A stretch of 64,000 bases of DNA from Octopus sinensis (GCF_006345805.1 NW_021836316.1:1-64000); one strand, 5' to 3'; positions 13,852-27,133 are shown, numbered from the stretch's first letter. Numbers and translations: made by a program. Notes: a model not told the origin generated them from the sequence alone.

Positions 13852-13980
13852 GCTAGCTAGCTAGCTATCTACCTACATACATACCTACCTACCTACCTAC
13901 CTACCTACATACATACATACATACATGCCTATCTATCTATCTACCTACATACATACATACCTATCTATCTATTTATCTAC
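13761..13980. repeat. (CTAT)n/(CTAG)n/(CTAC)n/(CATA)n compound tetranucleotide microsatellite
   Basis: Directly visible. Confidence 0.95.
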
Positions 13981-15066
13981 CTCTCTATCCGTATAATAAG
14001 CGTGTGTGTGTGTATATATATAAATATATATATGTGTGTGCGTGTGTGCGTGTGTGCACCAATGAATTCATATCGCTGTTATATATCACTATCATATATC
14101 GGGGTTAATATCAATTCACACTCTCAAAGAATAAAAAAACTCGTAGCCCCATCAAATTATTAAACGTCATGCTAACTCTTTCTTCTTCACTAGACTGGAT
14201 CCTCCTCCTACTTCATGCTAGTCCATCTCTCGTTTGAAAAAGTATTCATAAAATGTTTAGAGTAACTTGGCATTAGACTGCCATGTGCACTTATCGATCA
14301 AGTACAACAAACTAGAGCAAATCTGTTAGTATATTTTCGTGACTGTGAAATTGTGCAACAGAATAAAACTGCAGCAAAAAAGCGAATTACATGCCTTGAA
14401 ATCAGACTGGGTTCACAGAAATTAGTAAATCGCATGCTATTAATAAGAGCAGATTTAGCTTGAAGGAACCATCATAATGCAAATGTCACCACAAGTATTT
14501 GTTGTGAAAGACTAGACACTAACATCATGTTGTCAAGATGTGAACTTAAACACGAAAATCTTGTGTATACATGTGTGCACTTGAGCATATACGTACATGT
14601 AATCCTACAAATTTTGTGCAGTAGCACGCACTAAGAGGGAAATAATTGAAAATACTTGTTAAAACAAAAATACAAGTTCCAATCCAGAGGAGATACGTTG
14701 TTTATTCACGTCTATCATAGCCATTTACCATAAATCAATTAATTTTAAATTTAATTTCTTCTGTCTCGTTATTTGAACCCAATATTTGTGTCTGTTGCAA
14801 ATGTTCTCTTTTCAATGACGCTACCTCCTTAAAAATTATTTTAGGTTTTAGTGAAATTACCGTAAGTATATAACTGTATAAATAGCGAATGTGAAAGAAA
14901 ATATTATCAACACAGTATAAAATAATTAATTCATACTGTGATATTGTAGCTTTGAGGTCTTCGTTTTATCATATGAATGTGTTTATATCTATTATATCTA
15001 TGTTTGCATACATTCACTGATTTACCCATTCTTTTAGGCTATTTTGAACGCTTATATTTAAATTTA

Positions 15067-15409
15067 GTGAAGGCACATGGCTCAGTGGTTAGAGCGTCAA
15101 GCTTGCGATCGTGAGGTTGTGAACTCGAATCCCGGACCGGGCTGCGTGTTGTGCTCTTGAGCAAGACACTTTATTTCACGTTGCTCCAGTTAACTCATTT
15201 ATAGAAATGAGTTGCGACGTCACAGGTGCCAAGCTGTATCGGCCCCTTTGCCTTTCCCTTGGATAACACTGGTAGCGTGCAGAGGGGAGGCCGGTATGCA
15301 TGGGCGACAGCTGAACTTCCATAAAACCACCTTGCCCAGACTTGCGACTAGGAGGGTAACTTTCTAGATGCAATCCCATGGTCAGTGTCGTGACCTAAGG
15401 GGGTCCCCG
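15067..15409 (+). mobile_element. tRNA-derived SINE family D
   Basis: A box TGGCTCAGTGG, B box CTCGAATCCC. TSD ATTTAAATTTA at 15056-15066 and 15410-15420. Confidence 0.88.
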
Positions 15410-15843
15410 ATTTAAATTTACCCCTTCTTAATCTTAATAACATTATATTTACACCAAATTTTATTACTGAATTCTTCTATGGATTTATATTTTAATCAAC
15501 AAATTCGTGCTTACGTCATTTTTCTCATCTGTGTAACTTAATTTACTGTAAATAACCTCAGAAGCATGTTGTTCTAGCATACGAACTCCCAGCAGTAAAT
15601 GTTAGCATCGAATATGGCAGCATATATCCTCAAATTCAAATAACCTTTATATTGCATTTCATGTATATTGCAGCTTCTTGTTTTCGCTTCTGTTTTTTTT
15701 CCTGATCTAATTTTACTTCATATTTCCTTTTTAATATGAATATTGATTCATATATGTTTTTTCCTAATAAATATTGAGCAAAGATTAAGCAATAACTAAG
15801 TTATTCGGAGCAATTTTTTTATCATGTTTAACTTATCTCTGAC

Positions 15844-15896
<53 letters not shown>

Positions 15897-15984
15897 TATA
15901 TATTTAATTTATGTATATACAATACAAATATATAGTTATATATATAACGAGTAACAACAAAAATGATATATACGTATGTGTATA

Positions 15985-16030
<46 letters not shown>

Positions 16031-17444
16031 GTGTATATGTGCATATATATATTATTTATTTATAAGTATATATATATGTATGCGTATATATATATATATA
16101 TATATTTATTTATATATGTGTTTCTTTTCTTCTTTTTGCTATTTGTTTGCTTGTACCTACAACTACATATTTCATATATTAAATATTAACCTTTTCTCAA
16201 AATTGCTCTTCCAACTGATGCAGAAAATAAATGGTTAAGAAGAGAATGTTCTAATCATGGAACATAAGTTATATTGCGTCTACCAGATATAAAAATATGC
16301 CAATATCAGACCTATATTAAACATTTGTATATTAATAAGTTTAAATTTCCAATTTACTGTTTTATTTTTAAGTATGTAATTTATAGATTTATATGAAATT
16401 TGTAAACTTAAAACATAAAAGCAATTTTTAATCAAGATAACGCAATAGAATTTTACGGGAATAATTTTGCTTTCAGAATTATTCTTGTAGTCTATCGTAT
16501 CTACAATATCCAAGCACACATTCCCACAATATAAAGATATATTTAGCGGAAGAATTTGTCTCCGTTTCTATAAATTTGTGTTCGGTCACACTCTTATTGT
16601 GTTATATAGGGTTGCTTATTTGTGTCTTTATTTCTTTATTTCAGATATGTTCTTGAATGTGTGCCTTTAGTAATATGTAATAGCTGGAATTAGTTTTAGT
16701 TTTAGAAATGTCCGATATTACCGGAGATTTCAAAATTACTACTGTAATTCCAAGTTAGCATTTTTAAAACATAGATTGACACAAAAAGGCAACTATGGTA
16801 ATCATAAAGACTCAGCAAATTGTGATGAAAGTATATTTTGAGTAAAGGATTTCGGAGAATAACCGTTATAAATAGAATATACATATGCTTAGCGCAAATT
16901 ATATAAATGAAGGCATATTTAGATATAGCTAAAACGAAGAGACACAGATACATTAACATTCATAAGCAGAATTTACTTCTTATGCCCCATATCATTAAAA
17001 TAACCTAAACGAATGGATAAATCCCATATCAACTTCAGACACTAACATGATTCTAGTACTTAAGCATTTCTAAAAAGATCGTACGCCAATGAATGAGAAA
17101 TAAAAGAAATTTTTACGACGATTATATACGTATTTGTCTTAAAATTGCATCATAGAGGAACAGTCGAAAAACATTCATGGATGCTTACATACAAGATTTC
17201 CTACACTTATGCACATACACATCAATTATTTCACATATCTGTTAACACTGAAACAAAGAAATCTGAAACAAAGAAATCTTGACACTTTGATAACGACAGA
17301 TTCAAATTCTGCTATGGGCACTCATTAGTTTTTTGCAGTCAGGCACGGCTTTGGCATAACTTCATGAGTCAGTTTTTCGCTTGGGCTTGCCATTTATTAT
17401 GATTAGCTTCTTTCCATATCATATTTCTTTTTGCCCTATATTTT

Positions 17445-17662
17445 GCTTAGTGGTTAGGGTGTCAGCACCATGATCGTCAGATTGTGGTTTCAATTCCTGG
17501 ACCGGGCGACGCGTTGTGTTCTTGAGCAAAACACTTCATTTCACGTTGCTCCACTCCACTCAGCTGGCATAAATGAGTGCCGCTGCGATGGACTGGCATC
17601 CCGGCCAACTGGGGAACACATATGCCATAGAAACCGGGAAACCGGGCCTATGAGCTTGGCAT
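17445..17662 (+). mobile_element. SINE related to family D (shared head/core, different tail)
   Basis: GCTTAGTGGTTAGGG..GGTTTCAATTCC..TTGAGCAAAACACTTCATTTCACGTTGCTCCA. Confidence 0.75.
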
Positions 17663-18201
17663 CTATTTATTACTATATTTGGATATCAGTGTAGTTTTTC
17701 CATGATTTCTTTTCCCCCTTGCCTAATTGAAAGTGAAGAATTTGACTCGGGAGTTTGCAGCTGTCCATTCCGTGTACGTACCCCAACCAAATCAAACATA
17801 TGGACACTCAAACGTAAATACATCACATTCTTTCTACTTGGGCACTGACCACACACCATGACTGGTCTTCGAAGCGAACAACACATACTTGGCATAAACG
17901 CCATTCCCTGTAACCTATGCCGTTACACTTATTTTATGATGCCAATGTATTGCACTACAAAATAAGAATCAAATCGTTCGTGTCAAATAACCATGGGTCA
18001 CTCACGGCATTCAGGGTGCGGCACAATTGCCATTGGTTTCCCTGCGCTGTATTAACAAGATGCTATCTCACACAACTGCTCGAGTTTCTCTTAAGTGGCT
18101 CTTCCATGGTACAGAGAACCCAACTATATGCCTTTCAAGAGGCATAAAGGGGTCACTTATTTCGTTATATGCATCATTTTGCATTTTCCCTCCGAGTTGA
18201 T

Positions 18202-18580
18202 GGCATTCCTTCGATTTGACTCGACGAGACCAAAAACAAAACCTCGGTTGTTTCCGTGACAACTCGACAATTCACTTCGGATATCTTCGTGACATCCGTG
18301 ACAGCTGCTAAAATGGGAGGAGGAGAAGAAAGCTAAATGGTTGTGTGCGTGTGTGTGTGTGCTTGTTTTTGTCTTTGTGTGTGTGCGTGCTTGTTCTTGT
18401 CTCTGTGTATGTGTGTAAGAACAAGCACGCACGCACACACAACATATTAGCTTTCTTTTTCTCCTCCCATTTTAGCAGCTGTCACGGAGGTCACGAAGAT
18501 ATCCGAAGGGAATTGTCAAGTTGTCACGGAAACAACCGAGGTTTTGTTTTGGTCTCGTCGAGTCAAATCGAAGGAATGCC
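18202..18580. mobile_element. MITE with long (~150 bp) terminal inverted repeats and 8-bp TSD
   Basis: Termini GGCATTCCTTCG..CGAAGGAATGCC. TSD GAGTTGAT at 18194-18201 and 18581-18588. Confidence 0.9.
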
Positions 18581-19116
18581 GAGTTGATAAAGTGTTTCTA
18601 GATATAACTTTACTGTGCCTCTCGTAGGAATAACATCATATTTTAAAATACAACGGACATATAGTTTTGGCACAAATTCCATCGTTTGCATAACCTTCGC
18701 TCAACGATGTTTCTTCTGTGAAATCTGTTTTTAGTATTATTTGTGCCGCCTAGCGAGTTCCCCAAATTCTTATTTCATCAATAATTTGCCGTTTTTGAAA
18801 TCTTGCTGCAAAGCACGCTCGTTTGTTATATTGCTCCTTCTCATTTAAAACAGAATTCCTTTTTTAATTTTCAAAGGGGATTGCTTTGTTCACTTGACGT
18901 CATTACGAATCACGTAAAACCAATATGGATTTCAAAATATTCGTTAATTTGTTTTCACGAAAATAAATGAAAATTAATTTGCTTCGTTAAATGGCGTTAC
19001 GAGAGATAATCAAGCACAAAACAGCATCTGATTTCTGGCATAAAACCAACTTGGAAAACATAGTTATCCGGAAGGCAACGCAAAGAATTTTAAAAATCAA
19101 AAATTTGAATTCCAAT

Positions 19117-19250
<134 letters not shown>

Positions 19251-19403
19251 TATTCTTCTTCCTTCAGTTTTGTTTCCATTTCTTACAGAGTGTCTTTCCA
19301 ACACGTAAGTTAAAAATCTCCGTGTATACATTGATAAGCCATTAAAATTAACACACCGGATTGTTCATTTCAAAAATCAAGTGAGTTACGTAAAAAATGT
19401 TGC

Positions 19404-19404
<1 letters not shown>

Positions 19405-19470
<66 letters not shown>

Positions 19471-19562
19471 ATTTTTAATTTTTTAATTTTTATTATTGTT
19501 ATTATTATCATTATCATTATTATCATTATTATTATTATTACTATTACTATTATTATTATTAC

Positions 19563-19601
<39 letters not shown>

Positions 19602-19686
19602 TACTATTATTATTATTATTATTATTATTTTATTATTATTATCGTCATCATCATCATCATCATCATCCTCATCATCCTCATCATCA

Positions 19687-19726
<40 letters not shown>

Positions 19727-19794
19727 CGTCATCATCATCATCATCATCATCCTCATCATCCTCATCATCATCATTATTATTATTATTATTATTA

Positions 19795-19825
<31 letters not shown>
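19405..19825. repeat. (ATT)n/(CAT)n compound microsatellite with an 84-bp higher-order duplication
   Basis: The ATCGTCATC..CCTCATCATCCTC block recurs at 19641 and 19725. Confidence 0.9.
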
Positions 19826-21232
19826 TGCTATAAGTGTGATGAATGAGCGAAATAGCAACGAGAAAAATGATGATAATATTATTAGTTGAATCTTCGTGAA
19901 TGGCAAACTAAGAGTTTTACTTTATCGTTTATTCCGAGTATTGAATTCAAGAAGTTGTCTGATAAAGAAAAAAAAAATTAACAAAAGTATGTGCAAACAC
20001 CTCGAAACATGATTTATCACCGATACTTAAGTGGCTACCGAAAGTCTGTTAGACATATGCTGTACATTCTGCTAATCAACTGTCATGCTTTATAATAACC
20101 TATTCGCATGCAGAACCACATAAATTTTCCGTGAGGTCAGTATAATATTTATAAGCAATGAAGGCGACCATTATCAAGTAAATTTTCGTGCTGATATATA
20201 AATGAATTTTTTAATCATACGACAAGACTATGAGAATTCTATTGTTTGGGAAATGTATCAATTCTGCTTGCTGGTGATTAAAGATTCCTCAAGAATCAGC
20301 CATAAAAGTGTCTGCAAGTGTTCACTAAACTGTTCTTTTGTTCAAAATTTAAAAGAGACCGTAAGATTTTCTTGACTTCTCATGTAACGTGGTCCGTGTT
20401 AAAATATTTGATTTTACAACCCTTAATATTATAGCCCTTAAACCTCCACATATATTTCGATAGGGTATTAGTGAAACGCCTTTCATCTTTTATGAATGCA
20501 TACATGAATTGTAAGAATCTTATTGTTAAGGTATTTACCGATATGCCCATTAGCTATTTGTGTCAATGTTACTTGCAAGAGACACAAAGCTCGATAAGCT
20601 ATTGCTAATATTCCGCTTTGAGGAGAAAATATAAGTTTGATGCAATTGTCTAAACGGAGAGAGATTTGCGGTTACCATATGAAAATATTGTTTCAGCTTT
20701 TACTTCTGTTGTATGCTAACAGCGAAAATTTTGCTGCACAAGTAATACTTCTTAACACTACGTCTATTAACGACCTCATGATGTCTGCAGTGTAAGGAGA
20801 AATATTATAGTTCTATGAAATCCTGACAATTAAAACGGACATTTTAAAGAATTCAAACATGTGTTAGTTCATTTCCAAATTTATGGTTGTGAATATTAAT
20901 GATACTCTAAGTTTAGAGGAGAGACACTGCGCTAAACTATTTCATGGTCTCTGAGACTCAAAGTAAGGTAGGGTAAGAACAAAGAATATATCATAAAACA
21001 GCTGATCTGGCTTCAGTGCTTGAAGTAGTACCATCAAAAGCATTCAAGGCCGAGAGGATGATATTAAATCTAGCGATAGATTAAAGTTTACGATTTATTT
21101 TATCTTTGAGGTGATAATTTTAGCATATCATTAAAGCTGTGAAAACATCTAAAATGACTTTGGAATATGAACTGGATACATCCTAACTGAAGTGTTTTGG
21201 AAATGTTTGCAATTATCGGGGATGTTTGCTCA

Positions 21233-21730
21233 TCTATATATATAAAACTGTAGTTGTGTGAGTGTCTGTCCCCTTCGATTTAGATTCCTAACTACTCCCA
21301 CATTTTGCGGTGCAGTTTAACCAAATTCAGGTATCTTATAGTCGTGATTCATATCGAGCCCGTTTGAGTATTAGCGCGCGTCTACGATTTAAAAAATAAT
21401 TTAACATCATTTTTTATTCCATTTTAATGCATAATTTTTCGTGTGTCGATGGCGGCGGAGTTGGCGTCCATGGTCACACCTGCACCTGTTTGCTTCTCCC
21501 CCTTCTTTCCTCCTTCATGAAGCTGTGGGGAAGGGAGTGTAAGGAAACGTCGTAAAGCGTTGTCAAGGAGACCAGCGTTCTTTTAGAACAACGACTTCAT
21601 GGCTTGAAGACACCAAAACAGAAATGGCTAAGAAAGCCCGAATTGGCATCTATAAGGGAAGTAACTCTCTAAAAATGCTTATATAGTTATTTCCCTTACA
21701 AACCCGAGCAACGCCGGGCGATACTGCTAG
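21233..21730 (+). mobile_element. Non-autonomous Helitron
   Basis: 5' TC(TATATATATAAAA), 3' subterminal hairpin CCCGAGCAACGCCGGG (21703-21718), 3' CTAG. Inserted between A and T with no TSD. Confidence 0.88.
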
Positions 21731-22119
21731 TCATATATAAATATGCATAAATTCCTCGTTAGGTTTATATAAGCGCAGTATATACCATTATTAAGAACTA
21801 AAATTATGTCCAAAAATTTAATTGCGCCTAGAGCCTTCTGAACTGTGATATTCAAAGCTAACTCGGTAAGCTTGTTTTTGGAACTATTCTTCACAAATCT
21901 TATTATGCAATTCTTTATACATATTGCCAATCACCACTGTAATGCCATTCTTTATGAAGCGGTATCTTTCAAGAATTAAATGTAAAAGGTGTCATACAAT
22001 CAATTTACTATCTTAGGAATATATTCAAGACTCCGAAACCACTCCGTTTAACTAAAGTGAAAACAAACGTATTAAATATCAAATGTTTCCTAGTGTGCCA
22101 AATGATAAGGTCAGAAATA

Positions 22120-22705
22120 ATGGTTTAAAATTTTGCCTCAAGGGCAGCAATTCTGAAGAAGGGGATGAGTCGATTACATCAACCCTAGCGTTCAACTTGT
22201 ACTAATTTTATCGATTTCGAAAGGATGAAAGGCAAAGTTGATCTTGGCGTACTTTGAACTCAAAACACGAAGACAGACGAAATACCTATTTCTTTACTAC
22301 CCACAAAGGGCTAAACACAGAGAAGACAAACAATGACAGATAAACGGATTAAGTCAATTACATCGACCTCATGGCGTAACTGGTACTTAAATTATCGACC
22401 CCGAAAGGATGAAAGGCAAAGTTGATCACGGCGTACTTTGAACTCAAAACGTGAAGACAGACGAAATACCTATTTCTTTATTACCCACAAGGGGCTACAC
22501 ATAGAGGAGACAAACAAGGATAGACATAGGTATTAAGTCGATTACATCGACCCGAGAGCGTAACTAACTGGTACTTAATTTATCGACCCTGAAAGGATGA
22601 AAGGCAAAGTCGACCTCGGCGGAATTTGAACTCGGAACGTAACGGCAGACAAAATACCGTTAAGCATTTTGCCTGATATGATAACGATTCTGTCAGCCCA
22701 CCCTC
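22120..22705 (-). mobile_element. SINE family A, trimeric form
   Basis: One head plus repeated ~185-bp body units joined at GAAATAGGTATTTCG (minus strand). Confidence 0.85.
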
Positions 22706-22730
22706 TTCAGGTGAGTAATAATGAGACAGA

Positions 22731-23116
22731 GTGGAGGCGCAATGGCCCAGTGGTTAGGGCAGCGGACTCGCGGTCATAGGATCGCGGTTTCGATTCCCAG
22801 ACCGGGCGTTGTGAGTGTTTATTGAGCGAAAACACCTAAAGCTCCACGAGGCTCCGGCAGGGGATGGTGGTGATTCCTGCTGTACTCTTCCACCACAACT
22901 TTCTCTCACTCTTAATTCCTGTTTCTGTTGTACCTGTATTTCAAAGGGCCGGCCTTGTCACTCTCTGTGTCACGCTGAATATCCCCGAGAACTACGTTAA
23001 GGGTGCACGTGTCTGTGGAGTGCTCAGCCACTTACACGTTAATTTCACGAGCAGGCTGTTCCGTTGATTCGGATCAACCGGAACCCTCGTCGTCGTAACC
23101 GACGGAGTGCTTCCAC
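22731..23116 (+). mobile_element. SINE family C, full length
   Basis: A box TGGCCCAGTGG, B box GGTTTCGATTCC. TSD AATAATGAGACAGA at 22717-22730 and 23117-23130. Confidence 0.93.
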
Positions 23117-23265
23117 AATAATGAGACAGAATCACTAATGGCAAATCATTTCTACCAGATTTTAAACATATTTGAAGAATTAATTAGGGACAAACGGATA
23201 GAACACTACATTATCAAACATCACAGATGTTCTTAACATCCGCGTTACTGAATTACCTGATAACT

Positions 23266-23664
23266 ACTTTACTCTTTTACTTGTTTCAGTCATTTGACTG
23301 CGGCCATGCTGGAGCACCGCCTATAATCGTGCTACTCGGCCCCGGGACTTATTCTTTTGTAAGCCCAGTACTTATTCTATCGGTTCTTTTTTGCCGAACC
23401 GCTAAGTAACGGGGACATAAACACACCAGCATCGGTTATCAAGCAATGCTAGGGGGACAAATACAGACACACAAACACACACATGCATATATATATATAC
23501 AAATATACGACGGGCTTCTTTTCAGTTTCCGTCTACCAAATCCACTCACAAGACTTTGATCGACTCGAGGCTATAGTAGAAGACACTCGCCCAAGGTGCC
23601 ACGCAGTGGGACTGAACCCGGAACCATGTTGTTGGTAAACAAGCTACATACCACACAGCCACTC
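23266..23664 (-). mobile_element. tRNA-derived CORE-like SINE family B (octopus OR-like)
   Basis: Minus-strand GAGTGGCTGTGTGGTA..GGGTTCAGTCCC..CACCTTGGGC, internal (TA)/(TG) tract, GTAAAAGA tail repeats. Confidence 0.88.
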
Positions 23665-24299
23665 ACAATAATCTAATGTAAAATTATTTTATTGAATGTG
23701 ACTTCCCCGTTTGAAATTTACATTTGCGACTGGTATGAAGACCTCGCTTCTTACGTTTAAAATGTAATGTTCAATTTACACCATATTATATTTTTAGTAT
23801 GATTGCTATTTTTTGTTTCTAAAGTTAGAGCACAGAGAGTGCCTGTGTTAGATATAAAAATATTAAGCATAAAGTGAGGAATTTGTGTCTTTTTGTATAC
23901 GAAGTAGAGACATTGGAAGTCATTCATCTGCTCACCATCAAGCAGTTTTCTTCTCTACCCACCGTTTCAGTTCGACATTTGATGACTTCATGTTATGGAT
24001 ACTGTTAAGTTGTTTTTGTAGAAAATATCAGGAAATTTATTAAAAATATAGTACTAAAAAAATTGAGAGGCAGAGATAGAGAGTGGTGAAAGTGCGTTTA
24101 TAAATTCGAATGCATAAAATACAAGGGTATGTATAATGAATTATCAACCGAAGCTACTTAAAATGAAACACTGGTTATCAAGCTACCAATTATTCGGAAC
24201 CTACATACCTAACTATTTGTGTATGTGTCAATCTGTCTGTCTGTCTTACTCTACCTCGCTGTATATATGTTTATATGTATATATATATATATATATGTG

Positions 24300-24462
24300 T
24301 GTGTAGAAGGTTCAAAAGGAACACACGAGTTGATATATATGGAAAAAAGTCAAGGTAGAAAATGCTAAAGTAATTTTATAAAAAAGCATTTCAGTACCGG
24401 TTTCAGTCAATGAGACTTTTTCAACTGTAAGTATGGAAAACAATTAAATTTTGGAAAAATTA
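24300..24462 (-). mobile_element. PLE-like terminal fragment with HHR variant
   Basis: HHR at 24392-24427; the minus-strand T-rich tail ends at a TA tract. Confidence 0.55.
24392..24427 (-). ncRNA. Minimal type I hammerhead ribozyme, U3-A8 variant
   Basis: Minus strand: CAG-TTGAAAA-AGTC tcatt GACT-GAA-ACCGGT-A^CTG. Confidence 0.65.
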
Positions 24463-27133
24463 GGTGACAAACCGCCAACGTGTTGTTGAAAGGGCAGCTG
24501 CTGAACAAGAATCTTTTTTGTGCATGGCACAAAAGATTGTACAGCAGCTAAACTGGCTCCATCAAACTTAAGCTCGCAGATGGGACTATCCACAGTTCAC
24601 AAGACCACCACAGCAAATAGACCCAAGGTGGACACCACCGGCAACAGCATACACCTCACCTCGATGCTCCTACTGAACATCAGAGGACTACTAACACACA
24701 GTAACAGGACAAAAATCCCGTTCTTGAGAGACTTTGTTGCATGAAATCAAGCCTTATGCATAGCACTTACGGAAACCCACCTGAAACCGGACATAGCGGA
24801 TGCAGAATTACACATACCACAGTATGTTGTACTACGGACCGACAGAAAAGAAAGGAGTCATGGAGGCGTTGCTATGTACATCCGTGAGGACCTCACACCC
24901 CAGGTCCTTTTGTCATACTCAAACTCGGTGTGTGACACACTAATTGTACATGTAAAGCAACTTGGTGTAGTTGTGTGTGCTACATATCGCCCTCCAGATG
25001 CCCCAAGCCATATGGGCAAGTTTGAAGACTGCCTTATAAAGATAGAAGTTCTAGTCACACTAGAACAACACATAAGTGTACTTCTCATGGGAGACTTCAA
25101 TCTACCCAACGTCAGATGGCCCGAGGGCCTTTCTCTCCCAGGAATGACACGATGTGAAAGAGGACAGGCGAGGTCCCTTCTGAACCTCATCAACACCCTG
25201 TACATGGAGCAAGTAATACTCCAACCAACCAGGGCAGGTAACACACTGGATCTCTGCTTCACAAATAATATGGATCTCATCCATAATGTGAAAGTGACAC
25301 CGACACTACTCTCGGATCACAACATGGTAGAGCTGACCATGTACGAGCCAAAGGAAAGCATGGACATGCAGCCTACAAGAAACTCTCAGAATCTTTCCAG
25401 CTTGAACTTCAATAAGGCAAACTGGAAACAAATTGAGAAAGAGATCTTCAAACAAAACTGGCCTGAATGTCTCTCTTCGCCAGATTTCGACATGAAACAA
25501 CTTCAACAATTCATGTCTGTAATGCAAGCCATATGCTACAAATGTGTCCCAGAGAGAAAGGCCACTGTACACAAGAACAAAATCCCCAGAGAGAGGAAAA
25601 TTCTAATGAGACGGCGTACAAAAATCTCATATCGCCTAAACAAACAAATTGAAAGCAGTGAAAAGTCCCGCCTGAAAATGAAACTGTTGGAATTGAAAAA
25701 TGTCTGCAACTCTCCCATGAAAAGGAAAGAGCAGACAAAGAAGCCTGGGCTATAGACAACATAAAATCTAACCCCAGAGCTTTCTACAGGTATGCCAAAG
25801 AAACAGCTACGGTGCACTGTAGAATAGAGCCACTCCTTGAAAGGGATGGCACACTCACAGGAAATCCAATGAGGGTAAGTGAAATACTAAATGAGCAATT
25901 CAAGAGTGTTTTCACCCCACCCCCTGGGCATTTCCAAATCAGCAATCCAACTGACTTCTTCACCACTGCAGATATGGGGTCAGAGGCGGCGATGATTGAT
26001 TACATCAATATAAAGGAAGACGATGTAATAAAGGCTATAGATGAGATGAAAACTCAGCTACTGGCCCCGATGGATTCCCGGCAATCCTTCTAAAAGTATG
26101 TAAGAGAGTCCTAGCAAGACCACTGCAGTCTCTCTTTCAGAGCTTCCTTGCAACTGGCAAACTTCCAAGAAAACTGAAGGAAGGTAAAATATGCCATATT
26201 CATAAAGGAGGTAGCAGAGCGGAGGCCAAGAACTACAGACCTATCTCTCTGACCTCACACATCAGCAAGGTCATGGAACGAATAGTCAGAAGGAAACTAA
26301 TCACCTTCCTTGAAGAAAATGACTTGCTGCCTGACACCCAACATGGTTTCCGACCAGGAAGAAGCTGCTTAACTCAGCTCCTACAACACTATGACTGGGT
26401 GCTGAAACGACTGCTCAACCACTGAAATGTGGAAGTCATATATCTCGACTTTGCAAAGGCCTTTGATAAAGTCGATCATGGAATGATATGTCACAAACTG
26501 CGTGATCTTGACATAGTTGGAAAATTGGGAGAATGGCTTCATGACTTTCTGAAGAATAGAAGTCAGGTGGTAGTAGCCAATGGGGCCACTTCCATTAACA
26601 CGCAAATAGTGAGCGGTGTTCCGCAGGGCACTGTTTTGGGACCACTACTGTTCATAATGGCCCTCTCAGACATGCCCTCAGCCACGCAGAGAGCCACGAT
26701 CACAAGTTATGCAGATGATACAAAAGTTTCACAGGCAATACAGAACCCTGAAGACACTAAGCACCTGCAATGTGAGCTGGACAAAATATACAAGTGGGCT
26801 GAAAAGAATAGCATGCACTTCAATGCTGAAAAGTTTCAAGCTTTATACTATCAGCATGCAAAACTGAATGCAATACCCAATGAATACACTGGACCCGGAG
26901 GGATTGCAATCCCAGAGACACAATCAGTGCGTGACCTGGGTATTCACATGAGTGATGACGCGACCTTTCATGTACATGTTGCGAAACTGGCAATGAAATG
27001 TAGACGGCTGGCCGGATGGATTCTTAGAACCTTTAGAACAAGAGAACAAGAAACCATGATGGTCCTCTGGAAGACACTTGTCCTAAGTCACTTTGACTAT
27101 TGCTCTCAGCTATGGTCACCATCCAGTGTCACA
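24463..27133 (+). pseudogene. CR1-group LINE ORF2 (APE endonuclease + RT), with stops/frameshifts, 3' end missing
   Basis: EN motifs LLLNIRGL, ATYRPP, LMGDFN, PTRAGNTLDL, SDHN. RT motifs YLDFAKAFDKVDH, SGVPQGTVLGPLLF, YADDTK, RDLGI. Split across ORFs 24520, 24874, 25812 and 26429. Confidence 0.92.

Noticed and set aside
22733-22805. tRNA-like A/B-box sequences (also 15072, 55734, 58395)
   Set aside because: They are SINE heads continuing into SINE bodies, with no proper acceptor stem; not tRNA genes.
22815-23067. Near-identical 61-aa and 67-aa ORFs at three loci (also 4532-4784 and 58477-58729)
   Set aside because: They lie inside young SINE-C copies and start at GTG; identity reflects recent transposition.
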